The position numbers and the translations under genes were made by a program. Shown here piece after piece: positions 24,526 to 36,466 of a stretch of DNA of 41,677 bases; position 1 is the stretch's first letter, and every line of letters starts with the position of its first letter. Source of the DNA: Conidiobolus incongruus B7586. Lineage: Eukaryota. The stretch covers positions 1-41,677 of the forward strand of contig JNEM01006019.1 of assembly GCA_000697335.1 (NCBI GenBank), given 5' to 3'. The notes beneath the pieces were generated by a model. The model was not told where the DNA came from, made no database searches, and saw only the letters and a program-made list of their open reading frames with translations.

Positions 24526-25471
24526 TGTCAAATCCAGTTAAATATTTACAAATTTGGGGTCTTTGCGATTATTTTCGCTTATATTATTTTTTAAAAATAG
24601 AATTGATTTAAATGAGGTGCTTGATAACATATAAATTTGAGATATGTGACTAGTACATAATTGTTAACCGAAGTTCACGCATTTCATGTAGCTAATGAAA
24701 GGGATGATTTTATACCTTTTTGAATTGTTTGCGTTTCAATATGAAAAATCACTAATTTGCACAACTTTTGTTCCAATATTTGATTAATTAGTAATTATTT
24801 TGAGCAATTTATTTTCATTAATGATTTCATCAATTAACCAAATATCAATCATGAAATTCGGTCACTTTGCACTAATTATAACAAATGAAATGCTTATATT
24901 ATATATTTTATTCATCATTATAGCAATATTTATGAATTTCCAAAACTTTTTTAAAATATTGAGTCAAGCAGAGTTATCCACTACAATAAAACCATTCAGG
25001 AGCTAATATATTTCAATTTAAATCAATCAAATTGAGTATTTAAAAAATGTGATCAAATTAAATAATGACGAAACTAAATTTAAAAATACTAGCTTCGCAG
25101 TATAAGGATGACAAGATATTAAAATCGAGTCAACAATTTGCAAGTGAAAATACTCTTAAAATAACAAGGAATAGTGTAACCTTTTTGAAGATTTTGTCAA
25201 GCTTAAAAATATCAATATATTAAAAATATTGCTTAATTTGGCAATTTCTTGATTTTTATAAGCTAGGAAAATTATGGAAATTCAAAATCAATATATATTT
25301 AATGTTTTCGCTAATTTTCAATAAAAGATTAAATATCGTGAATAGATTTTGATTTTGATCATTTTAAATCATAAATGTCATAGCTATTAGTTAATATGTA
25401 GAATTATTTGGTTCTATATTATCTTTAATCAATATAACAATATGATCAAGTGAAATGAGATCGTATATAAT

Positions 25472-25478
25472 CCCATAA
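25472..25478 (+). promoter_or_regulatory. CCCATAA motif upstream of UBC1 pseudogene
   Basis: Exact motif ~63 nt before the first recognisable UBC1 codons. Confidence 0.4.
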
Positions 25479-25540
25479 AAATATCCTAGTCAATCAATTC
25501 AAAAACCTAAAATGAATTAATAATCCTATATTAATTTAAA

Positions 25541-26374
25541 AACAAGGATTTAAATAGATTAACTAGAGATTTGAAGGATTGTGAAAGATTTGACAAAGAT
25601 TTCCCCTTCAAAAATTATCACACTAGTGAAATCAGTAATTCATGAATATCATTGGTACCGTGATACAATATTAACAATGGTATTTAGATAAGTTTACTGC
25701 TAGAATAAGAGATCCTAAAAATTCTGTTTATGAAAGTAAAATATATGCTCAAATTATATTATTATTAGGTATTGGCTTGGATTTAAAGGGTTTTTTTGAT
25801 TTGAGTATAGAATTACTAGCAAATATTACTATTATATATTTATCTTTATTATTTTCATGTACCAAAACATTAATTGAATAGAATGGCTCCATTTTCCCCA
25901 TCTTAAGTCAAATTTATCACACCAGTTTATCATCCTAATAAAAGTTCTCAGACTGTATTTTATTTTTGTATTATTATATTGAGGTTATCAACTTTTGGAT
26001 AGGGCGCTATTTGTTTAGATGTATTAAGTACAAAATGGTCACTAATAATAACCTTTAGAACTTTATTATTGGTTCCTGAGTCCAACGACCCCCAAGTAAT
26101 TAAAACATATATAAACATCAATAACAAATAATTTACACTAATTTAGGATGCTGAGGTAGCTAAGCAATTCACCAACAACTATTCCGAATTCAGCAATACA
26201 GCAGGATTTTGGGCGTCCGTGTATGCGCCACCCCTCTTAGAAAAAGATTTGAAATTTTTAGATCAAGGTTGGATTAAGCCTTATATAGATATCGGTTTCG
26301 ATTTACATCAAATTAAATTGAACTTTGATCACGACAAAATTTTAGAACAACTATTAAATTCTAGTAATAATTAA
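25541..26374 (+). pseudogene. UBC1: Ubiquitin-conjugating enzyme Ubc1/E2-25K pseudogene (UBC + UBA-like remnant); not in ORF track
   Basis: RLTRDLKDCER, RDPKNSVYE, FFDLSIEL, PFSPS*VKFITPVYHPNKSSQT/GAICLDVLSTKWSL, PESNDPQ/DAEVAKQF..TAGFWASVYA, DIGFD..ILEQLL. TAA at 25904-25906, no in-frame ATG, apparent deletion after RTLL; introns retained. Confidence 0.85.
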
Positions 26375-26393
26375 ACTCAATCTGTTTAATCTT

Positions 26394-26917
26394 TTAATCT
26401 TTTTTAGACTTTGCATCTTGTGTTTCATTGCTTTGATTTAATAAGTAGCTACCCGTCACTACTAAGATTATTCCAAATATCCATTTGATATTGATTGTTT
26501 CATTCAATAACAGATATCCCATTATACCCTATTATTATTCACATATGATTAATGAATCAATTTATATTACATTATTAAATACTTACACTGAATAATAAAT
26601 TAGCACAGTTATTCAAAGTAATGACTTGAATAGAGTTTTCACTTAAATTTAAAGCTTTGGTAAAACATATCCACATTAATAAATTACTTAGCCCTGTTAA
26701 GATTAACATTAAAAATCTAACATAATAGATGATCTAAAACATTCGTTTAGTATAATGTATATGAGTAATAAAGTATACTTACCTTGTCATCAGATATAGG
26801 AATATTGAATTGATTTAAAATAGAGATTAATTGATGATCAATAACTAATTTGGTTAATAAACTATTTAAACAGGCAAATACACCTGATATGATGGCTGGT
26901 AGAATATATTGATTCAT
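26394..26917 (-). CDS. TMEM42-like (EamA/DMT superfamily) membrane protein, 138 aa, 3 exons (26917-26783, 26733-26587, 26528-26394); not in ORF track
   Basis: MNQYILPAIISGVFACLNSLLTKL.../...SNLLMWICFTKALNLS..NNCANLLFS/GIMGYLLLNETINIKWIFGIILVVTGSYLL..KKD*. Both introns GTAAGT..TAG; open frame. Confidence 0.85.
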
Positions 26918-27139
26918 TATTAAATTGAATAATTTAATTTTAAGTGGAAAAAACTGTCACAATTAATTTATTTTATAAAATTTTTGAATTGTGGTTTGAA
27001 TTTTATAGATAAAAATTAAAATTTATTCATTTATATTATGTTTATCATCAATTCATGCAAATATATTTGAATCAAAGTAAAATTGATATTTTATATTAAT
27101 CAAATGATAATGTGATACTATGATTTTTTAACAAAATGT

Positions 27140-30100
27140 TTACATCGGATGGTGATGAGGCCCTGGCTGCCAGTTGGGGTTTCCATTCATATTATTAGGA
27201 TGCTGGTACTGGTTGGGATGCTGGAATTCGTTAGGATAATGCGGGTTATGACCACCTCTAAATCGTTTATATCTTCCTCTTGATCTATCTATGAAATGGA
27301 TGAGTAAAAATAGTTATTTTAAGAAATAATTGATAATTACTTGATTCATCAGGACCTCCAGCTAATGGATGATGAGAAGGCTGGGGTCGATTATATTGAC
27401 CCTGAGGATTATTAGGTCTGAAATGTGCATGAGGAAGTCGAATATTACCCTAATAATAATTAGATGACTTGAATAGAAAAAGATGAAAATAAATACTCTA
27501 GGATGCTTATTATAAGGTGCATTAGGGTGCTGATGCTGGGGTTGAGGCTGAACTTGTGGAGCATGCTGTAGATGTTGAGAAGGAGTGTGATGCTGCATTT
27601 GCATCGGACGAGGTCTGGGTCCAGCTTGGAAATTGAGATTTGGCATATGATGTGCCCTTGGAGTATGGGGCCCAGAGCTACCACCATCAAATTCGTGCCC
27701 CATGTGAGGAGGAGGGAAGTGACCACCTGATGGAGGATGTTCAGGATGAGCAGTTCGTAGTGTTTTAAGGATATCAATTAGAGGTTCAGGGGGTATTATA
27801 GGGCCTAAAGCTTTGTGTCACATAATTAAGTTAATGTATTTGAATTTTCACTTACCGTTATAAGAAGTAGGTGCAGGTAATTTGGTGAGCAAATAGCCAA
27901 CAGCTTCGGGTACATTGGCAGGTAGAGGAGCTGGAGGAGGCAAGGAATGAGTGTGTGACAGGTTAGGAGGTGGGACAGCTCTGGGCTTTTCTTTTATTTG
28001 TGGATTTACTGGAGGTGGAACAGCATTAGGAGTCCCTGAATTAGTATTGGCCGATGCAGCAGCATCAGCGGTAGGCTTATAGAAATTCCATTTAGGAAAA
28101 TCAGGTTTGGCAAACTTGGCAGGTTGGACAGAAACAAGTAACATTTTACCCTTGACTGGTGCTTTCTCTTCAATAGTAGTTTCTTTTGATTTTTCTGTTG
28201 AAGTATCTATTTCAGGTTTAGATATTGTGGCTAAAAAGTATTACTGAGTGTATGCATTTAGAATTATATAAGATTTATTACCAATCGGGCCAAGTTCAGA
28301 TTCAATATTCAAGTTCAAAAAGTTAGTACGATCCGCAAAACGAGAAGTTAATGAAACTATAACTGTTGATTAGAAAATAAGAACCTTAAAGGCAATATTA
28401 CTTACTATGAGGATAAGCTTCTCCTAATCTTTCATCAAGCTTTTGAATAGCAATCAAGTCTCCATACAAGCTCTCAAAACCAATAAGGGTATTCCATATA
28501 GGTTTAGCATGCTCTGGACTGATGGCATTCAAGCTTCTTTCGAATAAAGCGCGAATATCTAAAATCAATTGTCTGAGTTAAATGATTGATTTGATTAATA
28601 AATTTTTACTTGTATCATCATTCATTCTCATCAGGTGCTTCATATACTCAACAATATAAATTGGTTCTTCACTATAGCTTTTCAATCCAAGTTCAAACAC
28701 TTTACCAGGGACAACAGTGTCTTTTCCACAATAGAATTCCATTAATGCTAAATAAATATTTAGTATAAATTTTTAAATGATGATTCAAAAATCAAAATAC
28801 CTGAGTAGATAAAGACGTGATATGAAATACACTGTGATTTTCTGGCTTGAGCAAAAACTGCTCTAGCACCTTTGATGCCATCAGTACGACGAGCGAATTT
28901 CATATAATGAATCCAAACAAGAGAAGCCTTCTGCTTCAATTTATCAATTTCATCATCAAAAGTTTTTTTGAGCTCAAGGCGCTGTAGACCTTTTTTTCGT
29001 TCAAGAGCACGAAGTTTTTCTCTATACTCGCCGTCGATTTCGCCTTCTGGAATTTGATCTTCACCAGGAGGTAATGAAAGTGGCTGTTCATCAAAGTTTT
29101 TCAGTTCAAGCTCCATTTTTGCAGTGATATTTTCTAAACTTTTAGTAATTTCCTCAATAAATTGCTCATAAATTTCTTTGCTTTGGGCAAAAAGCTGATT
29201 GGATTCTTGATATTCAGCATATGCACAAGTTAAAAGTACGCTGTAGTAGAATAATTAGCTATATATTTTATCAATTGTATATTTTAAGTACCTAGTTGGA
29301 TTGGCTTCAGTAGCAGCTTTATAGGTAGCTTCAGCAAGAGAAGACATACCAAGCTTCATGTAATACTGAGCCAATTCAAACCAAATTTCCGGATAAAAAC
29401 GAAGAGCCATTTGAGCTTGTTTAAAAGCAAAAATAATTCTACTCTGAAGTAAATCAGGCTGCTCAAAATGAAGTGGATTTGATTGTTCCCATTTAATATA
29501 AGATTTCCATTGATTAAGCTAAATGATTGTTAATACTATTTGATTTAATAATTATTATAATTATATATATATACCAATTTAACGTCTTTAGTAGAAAAAT
29601 CTGGAGGACGAGGGATTGATTTCAAAGAAATTTGTAGAGGATCTGTTAGAGATTTCAATTCCTTGAGAGCTGTGCGAGCAGTCATATATGTTGGAGAATG
29701 CTGAGTGAGGAAAGTTTTAGCCTATGAAATGGCTGCATTTAATACATTGAAAAGTATAAATTGATAAAAACAATTACTGTCATTCTGTTAACTTGATTTT
29801 CAAATGAATCATAATCTTTCCACAATTGTTCGATATTAATTAATGGAATGCAGAGGGCTGTTTGAAATACTTTTCTAATCATATCAACCTTCTGCTCTTC
29901 TTCCCATTTATTCATAGTCTAAGATAAAATAATTAAATTAAAACCTGTTTTATAAAAATATATATAATAAACGTAAACATAAAATAGTTATAATGACGAG
30001 GATTGACTACCAGTAATGATATGAGAAATAGAATAATTGGATGATTATAGTTATAAATGGTAAATATAAATTGATATTTTTAATAGAAATGAAGGAAATC

Positions 30101-30739
30101 CCAGTGATTTAGAAAACTGGATAACAGAATAATCATTGTTTACTCTGTAGTTTATTTGATTAATAGCTTTAAGCTTGAAAGTTAAAAACAAGGTGAAGTA
30201 AAAATAAACAAATTCAATTACAAAAATAAAAATACTACATACCTGAGCACTCTTTAAAAATTCCAAATACTCTAGCCAAACGGATCCTGAATCCTTGTCA
30301 AGTCCAATATGCTGCAATCCAGTCTCATATGCCTTATTAATAGTTTCACGCCCTTGACTTCCTTTGGGGGTACCATCGGCTTCACTATTAGTTTTACGGA
30401 TATATTGTAAATATACCTTCCAAAGTTCTAACGAAGGGATCATTTGAAGTGATCTCGTAAATATTTGCTCCAAGCGGCCATAGTCTTGATTTTTTAATTC
30501 AAATTCAGCATATCCAATCCAAAATCGAGCCTGTCAAATTAGTAAATTTGATTATTGATATTGTCATTGATAAAGTAAAATAGACCTACACAAGTGGGAA
30601 ATTGACCTAAAACTTTTTCATAAATGCTGCGAACTAAATCAATATCATCTCCATTATGAGCCTGAACTAGCAACATATTCCATAATTCTGTATTATAAGG
30701 GTCGGCCTCAAGTTGTTGCTCAATTTTATCAGTTCTCAT
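27140..30739 (-). CDS. RNA14: mRNA 3'-end processing factor Rna14/CstF-77 (HAT repeats), multi-exon, with Pro/His/Gln/Asn-rich C-terminal tail
   Basis: DPYNTELW, QFPTC/ARFWIGY, SLELWKVYLQY, IGLDKDSGSVWLEY, WIHYMKFARRTDGIKGARAVF, LLTKLPAPTSYNG/PII; terminal exon ends HHPM* at 27140. Middle exons were not all checked codon by codon. Confidence 0.92.
29919..30242 (-). promoter_or_regulatory. Unusually long (324 nt) RNA14 intron 2 with AATAAA; candidate intronic poly(A) site
   Basis: Donor CAG|GTATGT at 30242, acceptor CTTAG at 29919; AATAAA at 30156-30151; frame stays open to 30051. Confidence 0.45.
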
Positions 30740-31261
30740 TTTGAAAAATAAAATAATATATTGTAAAAATCAATGATATTAATGAATCTAACAAATGTTC
30801 TTTGTATTTCAACTTTATATTTATTAAATGAAGGGTGATTGAATTTATAAATTGAGTTTTAAAATTTATTAAATGAAAAGCAGGGTATTCATTTATTTTA
30901 ATAATTACTTAAAATTAAAATTTCAATTTAATTTTAGTATGGGATTTATCAAAAGTAATTTTTCACACAAAATTATTACCATTTTCGTTATAGAATATCC
31001 GTTATTAAGAAATTAAGTGAAATGGATGAATATTTAGAGAAGAGATGCTATAGTAATATATTTATGAAATTTGAAAAAAATGAAAGATTTTATTGATATA
31101 TAATTGAAAATATAATTTGGTATAAATTAAAGCGAAATGAAATTATAATTGAAAAAAGTTGAAATATATTGATTGAATTAGAATAGTAAAGTGTGGATTT
31201 ATAAAATTTATAGGGAAAGGAATAAAAATGTATATTAAAATTGAATAAAACATTGTCATAA

Positions 31262-31333
31262 TCCGATATGGTCCAGTGGCTAGGATTTCTCGCTCTCACC
31301 GAGACGGCCAGGGTTCGATTCCCTGTATCGGAG
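31262..31333 (+). tRNA. tRNA-Glu (anticodon CTC)
   Basis: Cloverleaf TCCGATA/TATCGGA acceptor stem, TCTCG-CTCTCAC-CGAGA anticodon arm, CAGGG-TTCGATT-CCCTG T arm; TTTT at 31337-31340. Confidence 0.97.
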
Positions 31334-31942
31334 TCCTTTTGGACCTTTTACAAGTTTTTTTCATATCATTATATTTTTCATTAATAATTTTGTTTCAATC
31401 AAAGGGCATTTTTGTAAAATATTGAAATTTAACTCAATATCTCTGATAAATATAATAATAGATCATAAATGAGTTTTAGGTGTATGCTTAATAATATTTT
31501 GCTCAATTTTACTATTAATATAAATACAACCAAATTTTATTATTTAATTATATAAAAATATAAATTATTATTTTCATGTTAGTTTATAAAAATAAGATTT
31601 ATATAAAATAATGGATTAAGGATTGAGATTAGAAAACATCTATTCATAATAATTTCTAGACTTAATCTTAAATTGTCAATTTTAAATTCAAATCAAAATG
31701 TAAATTTGAGTGATATAAAAATGTTATATTTGTAGATTCAATAATTTTTGTATAAAAAGATAATGATATTTGTATTAATATAATAGATATGGTAAAGTTA
31801 TTATAGCATGGACCAACCAAAATAGATGTATTAAATTTTATTAATTAAATATATACTAACATCCTACTTTGTTTTTTCTATTGAAAATTCAATTTTAATT
31901 CAAACATTTATAATCATTTACATTTTATCAAAAATAGATTTT

Positions 31943-31969
31943 AATATAATATAATATAATATAATATAA
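31943..31969. repeat. (AATAT)5 microsatellite
   Basis: Read directly. Confidence 0.7.
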
Positions 31970-32178
31970 CATCAGAATAATTCCTTTGAAAATTTCATAT
32001 TCATGTTTATACTTATGTATTGATCACATTTGATACTCAATAATGACTATGACAATTGAATAAATTTTGAGTCTAAATATGAATAGTTATATGATGTTTA
32101 TAATAAATTGAATTAAATAAAATATAGATAAATACATGAGAATATCAAAAATAAAACAATATATTAGATCAATTCAAT

Positions 32179-35100
32179 TTACTCTTGATCATAGAGATCA
32201 TCTTTTTTAAGCCAATCTGGGGACCTGTTATCTTCAGTAAGTCCCAAAATATGAGGAATTTCATCATACCATTCGATAAACTTGACTTCAACACCCTCTT
32301 TGATATGATCTGGAAGCTCTTCCCAATCAGGGCGATTGGATGCTGGGCAGAGAACGGTAGTAACTCCAGAGCGTTTGGCAGCAATGGTCTTTTCTTTAAG
32401 TCCACCAATTTTAAGAACTTTACCAGTGAGAGTTAATTCACCAGTCATAGCGATCGTTGAAGGAACGGGTTTATTAAGAGCCAAAGAGAGAAGAGAAGTA
32501 GTCATAGTAATGCCAGCGGAAGGACCGTCTTTGGGAGTGGCACCTTCAGGAATGTGGAGATGAACTGCAGCCTTTTCGAAGAAGCGGTTGTTCGGGAATT
32601 TTCTAGCGAGATAGCTTTTGGCAAAAGTCTGAGCAATGGTAGTTGATTCTTTCATCACGTCACCCATTTGTCCAGTTTTGGTGAAATGGGGCTTAGATTT
32701 AGAAGTAATGGGAGATTCCAATACAGACTCTATGTAAAGGGAAGATCCACCTAAAATATAAAATGTTAGACTAAGTACTAAAATATAGGGAAAAAATATT
32801 TACCCATACTAGTCCAAGCCAAGCCCATGACGACGCCAGGGGGGGTTTGGTCATACAATCTGTCAGAAGTAAAGATAGGTGATCCAACGAAATCTTTAAG
32901 ATTTTTAGAGGTAATATCGAGAGACAATGTGCTTACATCTAGTTTAGGTTGGGCAGCCTTTACTTTCTTGTTAGATTTGGATTGAGTCTTGGTTTCACCT
33001 TCTGTAGTGGAACCTTTGTTGGTATCATCTGAAGAAAGCTGATCAATTAATTTGAAGGCAGCCTTACGATAAATCTTTTCAATTTGCTTTTTCAAATTAC
33101 GAACACCACTTTCTCTGCAGTAATATTTGATCAAGTCATCAATAGCATCAGTGTGAAGGTTGACTTTGGAGTTCTCTAATCCACAGCTCTTCATGGCAGC
33201 AGGGGCAAGGTAGGTAGAGGCAATAGCACGTTTTTCTTCGGCAATGTATCCAGAAAGTTGAATGACTTCCATACGATCTAATAGAGGACCAGGGATGGTA
33301 TCAATAACATTAGCAGTACAAACGAATAAAACACGAGATAGATCAATAGGAACATCCATATAATGGTCTAAGAAAGCACCATTTTGCTCAGGATCAAGAA
33401 GTTCCAAAAGAGCAGAAGAAGGGTCGCCTTGATGACCACGTCCAATCTTGTCAATTTCATCAATCAAAATTAGAGGATTCTCTGTTTGAACCTTTTTCAA
33501 AGCTTGAACAACTTTACCAGGCATAGCACCAACGTAGGTACGTCTGTGACCTTTAATTTCGGCAACATCAGTCAAACCACCAACTGAGAAGCGATAGAAC
33601 TCTCTAGATAAAGCGCGAGCAATGGATTTACCAATAGAAGTTTTACCAACACCTAATAGGAAATATAAGTAAAATAAATATATTAAATGATAAATGAATT
33701 ACCTGGAGGTCCTGCTAAACAAATAATTTTTCCTTCAACAGTGCCTCTCAATTTGCCAACAGCAATGAATTCAAGAATCCTATCTTTAACATCCTTTAAA
33801 CCGTAGTGATCTTCATCAAGAACTTTTTTGGCATGTGGAATATGATAGTTTTCTTCGCTTCGCTTGCCCCAAGGGATCATGGTAATCCAGTCTAAATAAT
33901 TACGGGTGACATTAAACTCGGATGAAGCGGGTTCAAGATGAGCAAGTTTATTGATTTCTTCATCGAAAACTTTGCTAACTTCTTCAGGCATAGTCAAGGT
34001 ACTAACTCTTTGACGGAATTGTTCTACAAGTTTATCTTTGCCATCAGATTCAAGACCCAGTTCCTTTTTGATACCTTTGAGTTGTTCCATCAAATAGTAT
34101 TCTCTTTGACGCTTGGCAATTTTAGCTTCGACATCTTTAGAAATCTTAGATTGAAGTTGAGCATTGACGAGTTCTTTCTTCAAAAGGACCAAACTCTTTT
34201 GGAGTCTCTCTTCAATAACTAAGCTTTCTAAAACTTCTTGAATTTCGTGAGGTTCACCAGCACTCATAGCAGCAGCAAAGTCAGCAAGTTTTCCGGGTTC
34301 ATCAAACACATTTCCAGCATATTGAGCAATTGAGAAATTGGCAATTTGATCGCGGAAAAAGGTGTTTAAAGCAGCAATATCCTTGAAAGCACTTACCATT
34401 TCCGTAGTAATCGCACGAATGACAGGATTACGCTTGTTATAGGGCTCATCCTTGAGATTCACAACGTTACCAATAGACACAGAAAATTTGTTTTCCAAGA
34501 TCGAGCTGACAATGGTAGATTGAGTGACAGCAGATTCCTTTGTCGACTCAACTTCTGGTACTTCCAATGCTTCCGGAGCTTCTGGCTTTTCTGATTTGTC
34601 AGATTCATCAGATTTATCAGCGACCTTTGAATTGATCAAACTTTCCATTCTAATCCTTCTGTGGGGGTACAAAACAGCTGTCAAAGAATTATCTTCACCA
34701 GAGTTCGAGGGGAAAATACTCGTAATCTGGGCAAAAATACCAACATTGTAGATCTGATCAATATTTTCGATTATATCAACATCAAGATTGTCATCTTTTA
34801 ACATAAAAGCACCAATATAAGGTTGTCCACGTTTCATTAATTCTTTAATAGCAGCGATTACTTGAGTATCTTTAATGACTACAGCCTTATAAAATCCAGG
34901 GAAGAGAGGTCGACGAGTAATAGGTAAAGCGAGAACTTGGGGATATTCCTCAGGGATCGTAGGTTTAGAAACAGAAGTTTCTAGAACTTCTAAAGCCCTT
35001 CTTGCAGATTTCAAGTTAGGTGGTTTTTGATTCGAGTTAGAGTCCGATTCGAGGGTATCAGATTGGGTTTCAGATGCGGGTTCATTTTTATCTTGTTCTT

Positions 35101-35449
35101 GTTCAGAGTTGGAGTCTTCACTAGGTTTGTTCTTATCAGCGTCTTTATCTTTAGCGGGTTTGTCATGAAGATCTGAGTCATCTTTTTTCTTCTTCTTAAG
35201 AAGAATTGAAGACTGATAAAAACTTCTTGTATTCAGAACTTCCAATCTGGGGTTGAACTTTGTTTGGTTCAGAGATACAGTAGAATATAAAGCAATTTTA
35301 GATTTAATGCCAATATTTACACTTTGTTTAGGCAAGGGCGAAAAATGAGTCACAGTCGCTTTGAAAGTATTAATTTCAACTGCAGAACTCAAACTTCCTA
35401 AGGTTGCCCCTATCCTATTAAGGAGGTGATAACCTGCGTTCAAGGTCAT
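32179..35449 (-). CDS. PIM1: Mitochondrial Lon protease, 3 exons (35449-33703, 33652-32804, 32750-32179)
   Basis: Presequence-like N-terminus, [10 protein letters not shown], Walker [39 protein letters not shown] (Ser) and GGLKEK (Lys) dyad; no C-terminal PTS1. Confidence 0.97.
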
Positions 35450-35690
35450 GAAAACGGTCTTGGGTGTTTACAGCAATTGGAGAGAAAATGGTCAAGTTGT
35501 AAGTTTACCCAATTAATAAATATATAAATGGACAGATAATAATCGATTTAAGTTAATTTTATTTGAAGTAAATCAAAATTAATAAAAATTAAAAAACAGT
35601 ACTTGTTAAATTTTAAAGTCTTTGGCTTCGATCCTTACAACATCATTTCAATTTATACAAAGTTAATAATTATGTAATCCATTTAAATAT

Positions 35691-35697
35691 TTATGGG
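35691..35697 (-). promoter_or_regulatory. CCCATAA motif upstream of PIM1
   Basis: TTATGGG ~242 nt upstream of ATG 35449; variant TCATGGG at 35727-35733. Confidence 0.45.
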
Positions 35698-36466
35698 ATA
35701 ATTCACAATTATTGCGCCATTTTTATTCATGGGTAAATATTAAAAAATTCCAAAAGAATCATATATTAAGTAAAACTAACATTGATATGAATATATTAAT
35801 ATCATTGTTACTAAATATTTATTAACTAATGTAAATAAATAGGATTTTGTTCAAACTAAAATTTGAAAAATTAATATTTTTCGCTATATTTAATCTATTT
35901 CAAATTCAAAAATAAACATAATTAGATATAAAACCTGGAATATTTTTTATTGATCAATAATAAAGTTATCACACAAGTTATTTAAATATTTTAGTATGAT
36001 TAAGTTCTAAATCTGAAGATTATTATTCAAAATATATTAAAATCCAATATTGAATAATAATTATAAGTCTAACATTAGAAAAAATAAACTTTATTAAATA
36101 TGATTTCAATTCACATTTTATAAACAATATTTAAACGTAGATATAGACCTCTAATAAGAATATTTGAGAATATTCAAATTTATATTATAATATTTTAGCT
36201 ATTGTACTTGATACGTAAAAGTTATTGGCTCTTATATAACATTATATTTTTTCATTATATAACAAATTTATTATACCAATTCAAAAAAGATCTTATATAT
36301 ACAAGATATAACATATGATATTTTTAATAGAAGATAATAGATATTGAAAATTAATTCTGAATTTGGAATTGTTAATATAAAAACAAGATGTGAAAAAAAT
36401 TATGAGTTTTAATTCGATATTTATGTGATTCAAATCAAAAGATAAAGTAATAGAGTATAGTAAAAA

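Noticed and set aside
24800..25006. Hydrophobic 68-aa ORF (also 2337-2534, 3760-3942, 10864-11070)
   Set aside because: I/F/N/L-rich composition is what AT-rich non-coding DNA yields; most have non-ATG starts or overlap real genes.
25065..25223. 52-aa ORF MTKLNLKILASQYKDDK...
   Set aside because: Short with no motif; compatible with chance.
31090..31299. 69-aa ORF; likewise the 79-aa ORF at 36293-36532
   Set aside because: Both overlap the tRNA-Glu genes and run into AT-rich spacer; spurious translations.
32169..34751. Antisense and alternate-frame ORFs within Lon (also within NTO1, CHS4, RNA14, PEX1)
   Set aside because: Shadows of relatively GC-richer coding sequence; no motifs or independent gene signals.
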